From: Toensbergia leucococca
Taxonomy: Eukaryota
DNA length: 29,795 bases
Reading direction: 5' to 3'
Assembly: GCA_022813965.1 (NCBI GenBank)
Contig: JALDZS010000038.1
Span: 124,001-153,795 of the forward strand
In this document: in pieces, positions 12,980-21,835 of the stretch
How positions within the stretch are numbered: position 1 is the first letter of the stretch
How the letters are laid out: every line of letters starts with the position of its first letter
Position numbers and translations under genes: made by a program
The notes under the pieces: generated by a model
Seen by the model: only the letters and a program-made list of their open reading frames with translations
Database searches by the model: none
Told to the model about the DNA's origin: nothing

Positions 12980-13572
12980 ATGTCCGACGCCGATTTAGAA
13001 GAGGTCAGCTCCACTGAGACTCCCATTCTTTGGTTCATTGGTGCCGTATAAGCTGATCTACTTTGCTCCAAGATCAGGAAAGCACGCCTAGCCCAGCTTC
13101 AGCAACAAGCCGGCCCAGGAGGTAGTGGGGCAGCTCAGAACGACCAACGGAAGTACAACGGCAACTTTCCATGTTTACCCTTTAGTCTTTATTAATGCCT
13201 CTTACAGATTACAGGAAGGTACTTCAATCACTTTTGATTCAATGTCAACCAATCAACTAAACTACACTCCCTACCTGCTCAGCCGAAGCTCGAGTTTCCA
13301 TCTTGTCACAAATCCTTCTTCCTGAGGCTGCCGACCGCCTTGGGCGTATACGTCTTGTTAAGGAGTCTCGTGCAATAGACGTCGAGAATAGATTAATAAT
13401 GCTAGCAAGATCCGGCCAGCTCAAATCCAAAATTACCGAGGAGCAATTAAAAGAACTACTTGGAGCGGTAGCCGAGAACAACGAAAGGGAAGGGGGTACC
13501 ACTGGGAAAATTGTGGTGAGTAGACGGAAAGGGGGATGGGATGAGGATGACGATGATTTGTTAGACATATGA
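12980..13572 (+). CDS. PDCD5: PDCD5 / dsDNA-binding family protein; exons 12980-13003, 13073-13152, 13208-13218 (microexon), 13283-13572
   Basis: Spliced product MSDADLEE/IRKARLAQLQQQ...QRK/LQE/AEARVSILSQILLPEAADRLGRIRLVKESRAIDVENRLIMLARSGQLKSKITEEQLKELL...WDEDDDD, the typical PDCD5 pattern. Confidence 0.9.
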
Positions 13573-13730
13573 GGACAGGGTGAGTATTGAAGAAATGGCC
13601 CGGAGGCATGCATCCGTGGGACTGTTACTTTGCGTGTGACCAAGCATCTCGGGTACAGGGTCTCAATCTGCAGTGATACCCTCGATGAAGAACCCATAAT
13701 TCTATCTATCTACTCCTTTTTGGTAATGGT

Positions 13731-14630
13731 CTAGTGACCCATCAGCCCACCCATCCGTTCTCTCTTCTCTTTTGCTGCCCTTCTTTGCTCCTTCACGGAT
13801 CTCCTCATGTCTCTTAAGTCGGGTGGCCTCTCGATGCCTAGTCTGATGCGTAAATCGTCCACATCGTGCTCTAGTTCTTCCTCCCAATATATGTTGATGA
13901 TTTCGTTGCTTCGAGATCCATTATCGAGCGCCCATGGAAGATAGGTATTCCAGAATCGTGACCTTTCTCCTGGTTTGAGTCTAGCGACTGCGAACAGGCT
14001 CAAGCCGGTCATGGGCAGGAGGGTGTTGGCGAACTCGAATGCCTTGAGCGCCACTTCGCCCTCCACCATGACTGGTAGACCAGTAAGGGCATGATAGAAG
14101 TCATGGCATTCTCGATACCGTTGCATGACATAGGCACATTCGGGATCATCGATATACTTGACAGTGTCCCTGGTATCGGGGCTTACTCCTTCACGATCCA
14201 GCCACGTGGCATAGGAGCGGCCTACGCTATTTTCTGGCAACGCACGTAGTAAGGTCATGGTCATCGTTTGAGAATTTATCCGTGGACGGTCGCGTAGGAT
14301 ACGTCGACCGGTGGGAGACGATAGCATGGCATCGCGGAGGCGGTAGATGAAGAAAGGCGTTGCCGTGGCCTCGCCAAGCGCGGCGATGAGATCTCCACCA
14401 ACCTCTTCAGTGTGTTGAGGCTTTCAAGTCATAGCAACAAGCTTACCTCCACGCCTCGGGTTGAATAGGGACACGACGGCCGATCCTATGGCGAGTGCGT
14501 TGCGCTCGACGAAAGTAAGAGGAACGTGACCTTCGTAACTCGGCGGCGGGCGATTAAGCACCGAAAATGATCGGGAGTGGGTAGTTCGAATCAATAGGGG
14601 AAATCGGAACAGAGATCGAGCAATCATCAT
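13731..14630 (-). CDS. COQ4: Ubiquinone biosynthesis protein Coq4, mitochondrial; exons 14630-14447, 14392-13731
   Basis: Presequence-like N-terminus, [26 protein letters not shown] and the HDxxH metal motif in [13 protein letters not shown]...[10 protein letters not shown]. Confidence 0.95.
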
Positions 14631-14718
14631 GAGAGATGTTGCTTACACATGGCTTGTACGAAAATACTTCATGTTCATGCCCACTGGGTATCAATGTATG
14701 CAACGATTACGAAGGATT

Positions 14719-14743
14719 TACGGAGTAGTACTCGTACTCCGTA
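14719..14743. promoter_or_regulatory. Inverted pair TACGGAGTA-N7-TACTCCGTA upstream of COQ4
   Basis: Perfect 9-bp inverted repeat about 90 nt upstream of the COQ4 ATG. Confidence 0.6.
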
Positions 14744-14979
14744 CATCGTCTGGTGCCGTGACCACAGAGTAGAATACTAGAATATTACGTATTCTAATGA
14801 ATCTTTCCGACCCACCCCCTCCCAGCCTTCAGCCAAACATTAACCAATTAGTAATCCAATATGTACTCCGTGCCACGAAGCATAAAATGAAGTACAAGCG
14901 AAAAATGGTACGATCCACCATCGTATTTTAACACCAAAGAGTTCCAAACAACGCCTAGCAACCAAGGTACCGACTGTTC

Positions 14980-17233
14980 CTAGTCCACACTTCTTCGATC
15001 AAACTCTGGAGACGATAATCCCGACCTCGGAAAACCAAAGTCAGGTGATGGCGCTTCTGATCTATGAGAGTCAGGGTCCGGTGATGACACTTCGGACATA
15101 GTAAAGCCAAATCCTGGCGAGGAAACTTCTGATCCAGGAGAGTCGAAGCCTGGCGATGATACCTCTGACATTGCAAAGCCAGGGTCTAGCGGTGACAAGG
15201 CTTGTCCTGTGAAATCCAATTCTGGTGACGGCACCCCTGGTGTAGAAAGAATATCTGGAGAGGGTGCGCCGTACCCTAGACTTGGCATTTCTGGCATTTG
15301 CATCCCAGCCGGTACCCTTCTAAGCCCAAATTCTGATAACGAGAATTGTGAAGTGGTTGAATCAGGTTCTAGGGACGGTATTCCCGAGCTTCTCCATCCA
15401 GGGTCTGGACTGGCCAATTCGGACCGTGGCACCTCTTCACCGTCGAGCTCAATGATGGCAATTTCAGGCATTTCTCTTCCATCAATCTCATGTTCCTGGA
15501 CCTCTGAGACTCTGACCTTGAGCTCATTATTCGGTAATACGGAGGCAAAAGGGGATTTTGCTGCCTTCTCATCCACATAAGCATGGGTGGGTTCACCGGG
15601 AAGTTCCGCAAGGTGTGGTGATTTACGAAGGCGTCTACGGCGAAGAGCCCAGAATATTGCCAGAGACACCCCTATGATTGAGAGGGTGACAATAGCAATA
15701 GCAATACCCGCAAGAGCCGCTGTAGACAGGGAATGCGACACGTTGTGAGAAATTATAACTGGAGCCGTTTGACTTGGATTTGTACTCGTAGCAGTAGCAT
15801 CGGTTTTTGGTCCAGTATTGGCGCTGGTGACCGTGCTGGTGCCAGTGCTAGTACCACTGCCAGTGCCGGCGCCAGTGGAAGTGCCATCGGACAGTATGGG
15901 TATTATGTGTGCATGGGAGTCAGGAGGAAAGAGGCTCCGTGAGATAGAAAAGTTAGATCGATCGTTATCCACAATCAGAAATCTAATCAACGGTCAGTGG
16001 TGAGCGCAGCAAGGATCATTTCATACTGTTAACTAACGATTCTTGTAAGAAAGTTCGACCGAGTGTATACGAGATATCTTCATATGCTCGCCGCAACGGA
16101 AAATAGTATGATGTATTATTGACGATCGGAGAGCTGACCTCTAGATCAAAACTGGCATACGGTAAGGTGATATTGACATTTGCACCTCCTTGGAAGGTGT
16201 TGCCGAGTTGGAAAGTGACGCTCGCGTTTTGCGCTTTCAGCGTTTCATGCAGAGTGTCATTGACAAGATAATAATTTGTGATAGGATCATAAGTAATTTT
16301 AAAGGACTCCTCAAAGGCTTGGCAGGCTGTCAAAGGGAGCCATATGTGAGGAATGGTCGAGTCAACAAGGGTCATGATTGGTTGTGCGAGTAGTGGTGTC
16401 TCTGGAGTTTTCGAATCGGTAAAGATGATGGATTGAAGGGCAACCACCAGTTCACGAGTCACGGCCGGAGCGAAGGTGAAGGAGACATCGTTGGCTACGA
16501 GCCTAGAGGCATCGAAGCCACCCAAAGTTAAGCTTGCAGTCGCATTACGGTAAGATGCCCCGGCTGTATATCCATATGAACGGCTCGGTATTAAGTTGTT
16601 GGACATCAAGGAAGAGAGAAGACTTGGCAGTGGTTCACCGGTATTTGAGAGAGCAATTGGCTGAGTGGAAAGCCCTAGATTTCCGAGATAAAAGTCTTTG
16701 GTAGCGATACCAGCGACGACCTGTTGACCTAGCGATACAGCTCCATCACCTGGCGTACCGACTTCAATGGTATCGAGCGCATAATCGCCATTGTCGGAGT
16801 TCTGAGTGTAACCCAAATTGATCTCGGCGTTAAGGCTGTAGACGCCACTGTCATTCCAGCTTGAGGACGCAGTGGAATTGAACAGTCCACCACGAGAAGC
16901 ATCACAATTTTGTGGATCATTCAACGTGCATCCTTCGGTACCGACTACCCATGTCTCCGGCACCTGAGTGGAAGCTAGAAGGCGCAACTCTTGGGCCGGA
17001 TTCCCCAGTCTCACAAGAAAGGAAGACCAAGGACCGTCATTACCATCACTATGAGACAAAAAATCAGCATCAGGCGCTATGTCGAGGAGAAGATTATTTC
17101 ACAAATCTCCACTCGTCTCAATAATGATGGGCGCTGGCGTGGTCGGCATCGTTGCCGAACAAGCGCATAAGCTATGAGGGCATTCAAAGTAGATGTCGGT
17201 AGAAAATCACAGCAGTAGGGGACGTCGCATCAT
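14980..17233 (-). CDS. Type I membrane pepsin-like (A1) aspartic-peptidase-family protein, probably catalytically impaired; core exons 17149-17103, 17048-16038, 15982-14980; 5' end uncertain (17233 or 17149)
   Basis: PAPIII...F/DGNDGPWSSF, CxxxRGGLFNSTASSSW, SYGYTAGA, SLTLGGFD, LVDSTIPHIWLP and LGRTFLQES/FLIVD. Then a Ser/Thr stalk, a TM helix (LAGIAIAIVTLSIIGVSLAIFWAL) followed by RRRRLRK, and a cytosolic tail. Confidence 0.85.
14989..15273 (-). repeat. Degenerate coding tandem repeat, 36-nt (12-aa) unit, about 8 copies, with a 72-nt higher-order period
   Basis: Units YGAPSPDILST, PGVPSPELDFTG, QALSPLDPGFAM, SEVSSPGFDSPG, SEVSSPGFGFTM, SEVSSPDPDSHR, SEAPSPDFGFPR, SGLSSPEFDRRS. Confidence 0.85.
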
Positions 17234-17893
17234 GTAGCATAAGTATGTTCTGCATGGGAAAGCGGTGGAGAGTTGAGTCAATGTATGCGGGATATAATAA
17301 TCGAGCGTGCCCTAGAGATCGGTATGGGTCGGCAGATCAACAGCTCCAGTCAAGGTCCAGAAGGCTCGAGGACGATGAAATAACACACAGCAGCTCTTCC
17401 TCATAGGAGTGGGATGCATCCTTCCTTACAAGACCAAGTGCCCACGAGAACGGGTGGCCCGATAACAGCCAGTGAGAAAGCGGTCAACACCCCCACCATG
17501 GCGTTCTGACCCAATGGTCATCAGCAGCATGTGCGGCACGGCATTTTGATGCATGGAACGCTGTGACTAGTTGAAATAGTTCGAGAGGGGCACTGCAGTA
17601 CGACCAATACAGAATGGGCAGGTGCATGGTCATCCGGCGCCCACGCGGCCAGTCAGACAGAGGGCAGGCACAAGGCGACGTTGAGAAGGATGCAAGCAAG
17701 CCCCGCACTGGTGCAAATGGACTTGGCAAGGGTAGCCCGGGTGGGGTTCCTCAGCTTACTATGCTGGCATGCCCTACGAGGCAACCGACTCGATCGCGGC
17801 CGGTCGGTGCGGAGTACCTGATCTCATTGCGTTGATCACTGACGGGTCTGGCAAGTGGCCGGCGTCGATGGCTTGCGTCAGTCAGTTATCAGT

Positions 17894-17900
17894 TATATAA
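17894..17900 (+). promoter_or_regulatory. Putative TATA box of the GPI-type protein gene
   Basis: TATATAA lies about 50 nt upstream of the ATG at 17949. Position is the only support. Confidence 0.4.
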
Positions 17901-17948
17901 GATAATGGCTTCCTTGCAGTCGTCTGTTGTTGTGGATATCGCAGGAAG

Positions 17949-19338
17949 ATGCTTCCATTGCCGATTGCCTCGTTGCTCGTTGGCCTTAGTGTGTTACATC
18001 AACTTGCCTGGTGTGTGCCGCAATCAGGTAATACCTACCTACCACCTACCTACGCAAATATTCACCCCAGGCTTATCTTGTTATGCATTGTGACTTTAAC
18101 TGACTGCCGGCCGTTCTAGCACCCACACTCGCTGCAGTCACTGCTGCGCCTGACGACACTTCATGCGATAGCTGCTACGTTGTCGCTGATATTGCCTACA
18201 TTGTTTTCTATTCGGAAGTTCTCACTCACACAGCTGCTACAGCTTCCATTTTCATCGGCGCTGGAAGTGGCAACAATGGCACCATTGGCAGCAGGAATGT
18301 CACGTCTACTTCCATTATTGAGAATAGCGCTCAAATCACCTACAATCCAAGTGTTACATTTGCAGCACAGAGCCTCATTGGCCTGACCCAGGTCGATTAC
18401 TCTTCTGTGATTACTATGAATGGTGTGACGCTGTGAGAAGTCTCAAAAAGATCCTTTCTCTTGCTATATGGCAGCTGACGGCGCATGAGAACCTCACCAA
18501 CTGCCTATGATGTGGTGACTGCCTATTCAGTCACGTCGACTTTCCTGTCAAATGGCTTTTGCACCACATCGTCGACTATTTCGATACTGCCTACTGCAAT
18601 TTCAACAATTGTTCCGTCAGCTAGCGGCCAATTGGTTATTAGTCCGGAAGAGGAAGAGTACTTCATAAATCAACTGGGATTTTCAAGTTGCTCTGGGGCC
18701 ATTGAAAGTGTCACGCCTATGGCTCATATCCAGATTTCAAATTTGACAGTGTCAAGTACCAAATTCGTTTCAAGAGTGACCGCGGCAGCCGCAGTGACTA
18801 CTGGGGCTGCAACCAGTTCTTCCTCAACGAGCTCTGCGCCAACATCCTCATCTTCGCCATCGCCTTCTGCCTCGAGCACTCTCTCTACAGCAAGCTCGAC
18901 GATAAGCTCGAGGTGCGTAGTATCATTCTTCCAATTGAATTCGCTAGCACTAGCTAAAATTTTATTAGTTCTTCTCCAACTAGTTCTGTCCCCGTCTCAG
19001 TTGTCTTTGTCAGCAATGACACTGTAGTGTCTTTTACGGCACCTCCAAAGATTGTCATTGGTTCCTTAACGGTGACGCCTGCTTCGATATCCGCACCCTT
19101 GACAATAGGGAATACAATCATTACAGCAAATGCGGCTGGCGCGTATATTTTCCCATCAGAGACCTTAACACCAAACGGGACGGTCACAATCGCCGAGTCA
19201 CCCAGTGCGAATGTTAGCTTGGGAGGAGTGCTCCCCTTTACCAGTGGTACGAATGATTTGAGGAAGGTGCCAGTGGATTTATTGATCATATGGGGAGTCA
19301 GCATCTTGAGTATCACATTGACCACGTTCATTTTATAA
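17949..19338 (+). CDS. Secreted Ser/Thr-rich, probably GPI-anchored cell-surface protein; exons 17949-18027, 18120-18432, 18490-18912, 18969-19338
   Basis: Signal peptide MLPLPIASLLVGLSVLHQLAWC, a Cys-containing N-domain (SCDSCYVV, LTSPTAY, GFCTT, GFSSCS), a Ser/Thr stalk and a hydrophobic C-terminus LLIIWGVSILSITLTTFIL*. Three introns join four frames without stops. Confidence 0.8.
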
Positions 19339-20039
19339 GATTATGATTTTGATGGCAACAGTATAGAAATGAAACATGGTAATCTCTAATTAGGTATGCG
19401 TACCTACTGGATCAAGAAACGTTAAATTTGATAGTCATTCCATCAAAAACAACCACTGCCATGGCTCTCATGAACTTTCAAATATGCTTATGACATACAA
19501 TGGTGAAATATTGGATACAAAGGTGTCATTGGTTTCGTCCTTGCCTAGCGTTTGCGACATACATGAGATACCTTCATCTACAACGTTTAAGGGTGGTTCT
19601 ATGAAATGGGTTCAGTAGATAATACCTACCTTATTGATCTTCTGTTCGATACACTAGTGAGGCCAAATTCCAGATGCAGGGGTATTCAAAGCAGACGCAT
19701 TTTGACCATCGAACAAGCATGGCAAATCAAGACAAGTGTCTCAAATGCAAGATCCCTCGGTACACGATGTTTACACTGGACATTCGAATTGAGGTGACTG
19801 CAAGCTCCATGTGGAAGTCGATATTGCAGTTGGAAGGCTTTTCACACCACTACCTAACAAGAGACACTACCACCTCAAAGGAGCATAGCTCAAGGACTCA
19901 AATACCTTATGGAATAGGTAGGCCAAGTCTAGTTCCAAGCCTAAGATAGAGCCGAATTGTTCGACAGGCTGACAGTATTTAATGTAGAGGTATAACCAGC
20001 GCCTGGACTCCATCGCTATATGCTCAACAACATGTACAT

Positions 20040-21529
20040 TTAAAATACATCAGGAGTTACCCTGGTTTCCTCAGCTTTGATGCCTTCAACAGGTAGCAGC
20101 CCATCGTCTCTCTTTGTTATTGTCTGCTGCTTTCCCTTTACCAACTGCAGAAGCATGTAATTCATTACACACTTAATAGTCAACTCTTCGCCTCTCTTGA
20201 CGAAATACCCATTGACGTAGTCTATCTCCGTCTCTTGACTCGCCTTTACGTCTTGAAGCATAGGACTGATGCTGTTGGCTGTATTGGTGACGGTATCAAC
20301 AAACATCTTTTCGAGGCGCCCGGGTGAAAAGCGAATTTTCACGTTTGGTACGCCTTGCAGCTCCGGTAAAGACCTGATGACGAACGATATCTCAGAAAGC
20401 AGAAGCCTCACGACTCTGGTGATGGCAAAATTATGCAGAAGCTCGCCATTCGTACAGTCGATCATAACCGTTAAAGGACTTATGACGGCATAAAGGGCTA
20501 ACTTTTCAAGTTGTAGCTGCAGGAGCTCTGTAGGTGTGAAGCCAACAGCAACAAGTACAGGAGTTCTTGTCATCGTTCGGAGGAGGTACTTGCTGGAAGG
20601 TGCCCAAGTTGGAATACTCATGCTTGTACCTGGTGTCGATTGTGCCGCGGTTTGCCGAGGGAGAAGTCCGAGTGCAGTGGTGCCCATGCTAGTATGAACT
20701 ATTGAGAATGATTTCAAAGCGTCGACTTGGTGAGTGATCACCCCAACCATGTAGTTTGGGCGCGTCTCCGGATCTGGAAAAACCTTTGCATTGACTTCAT
20801 CTATTATGCCCATGACATTTCGTAGGAAGAGGATTGTGGAGTCTCGCGTGAGTCGACTAGCCACTGACAAGAGAGCAGACACAGTAAGAGGAGCCTTGAT
20901 AGAGACAATTAAATTATGTATAATGATTGGGGCTTTGTTGGGTGGCGGATCTGGATCATCAAGATTTGACGGACGAACGAGTTCAACCTCGTAACCTCGG
21001 CGAGTTTCAACCATTCCACGAGTCTCAAGCTTGATCGATTGGCCTTGCTCTTTCCAGTCCGCCACCAAAGTAGGGAGGTGTAGGAGTAGGGTAACGGGTG
21101 GCCGGTTGGGAATCCCAGCAAAAGAATGCGCCACTAGTTTGCCTACACTACCTGTACCTAGGATGTAAATTGCCCTTGGTACGTCGCGGCGTTGATGTCT
21201 CCAATTTCGTGGTTTCTGGGTTTCCAAAGCTGAATTATTGAAGTCTTCAGTCTCTCCATCTTCGTCGACATATGCCGAATCCCCAACACCATTGCTATGT
21301 TTCCTCCGAGGCCACCAGTGACGGGTGTGTGATGTAGTAATGCGACGCTGAAAGGCCACCCGGCCCAGTCTTTGGTCATCGCGATTCCATGGTTTCCTGG
21401 CCAAAGCCCGCAACAGCGGACTCCCGTGTGTGCAGAAAGACAGGGCTGGCTGTATGAATGTTCTGGTTATGATAGCATGTTGAGTATGAGATCAGTCTTC
21501 TCCAGTTCCTATTTACAGACGAGTACCAT
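20040..21529 (-). CDS. Ketopantoate reductase (ApbA/PanE) family protein, likely mitochondrial (Pan5/Cbs2-like); start uncertain, one model is ATG 21529-21527 + intron 21526-21450 + exon 21449-20040
   Basis: Rossmann motif IYILGTGSVG, NLIVSIK, QLEKL, MLQDV and TEIDYVNG. There is no in-frame ATG upstream of the Rossmann motif without splicing. Confidence 0.82.
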
Positions 21530-21653
21530 AGAATTAAAAAGGTGAAGACGAATTGATATATTGGAATACTATTTTTTCATGACCTCACTTAGAATAGAAC
21601 CATGCATTGGTGCATTTCAGATGCATAAGGGTGCCTCGGTGCTACCTATCAAA

Positions 21654-21790
21654 TCTCCGTAAGGTACTCCGTACGGAGTCTTATAAGCTAATTTAGCGGG
21701 TAATTTACTTGGGCAAAGGTGTTTGCCGTTCTACCTATCCGTACCTACCTTACCTAGGTACTCCGTACGTACCTACGGATAAGGTACCTG
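21654..21790. promoter_or_regulatory. Cluster of TACTCCGTA / TACC-GGTA motifs in the PanE-like / LRP1 divergent promoter
   Basis: Exact 9-mers at 21665 and 21759, and palindromes ACTCCGTACGGAGT (21666-21679) and TACCTAGGTA (21751-21760). Confidence 0.6.
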
Positions 21791-21835
21791 GTAAATAATA
21801 ATTGTTTTTCGAAAGTTGACACCGTTCTTGTACTC

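Noticed and set aside
17484..17835. Short ORFs in the protease/GPI intergenic region
   Set aside because: Overlapping on opposite strands, with no motifs or splice support.
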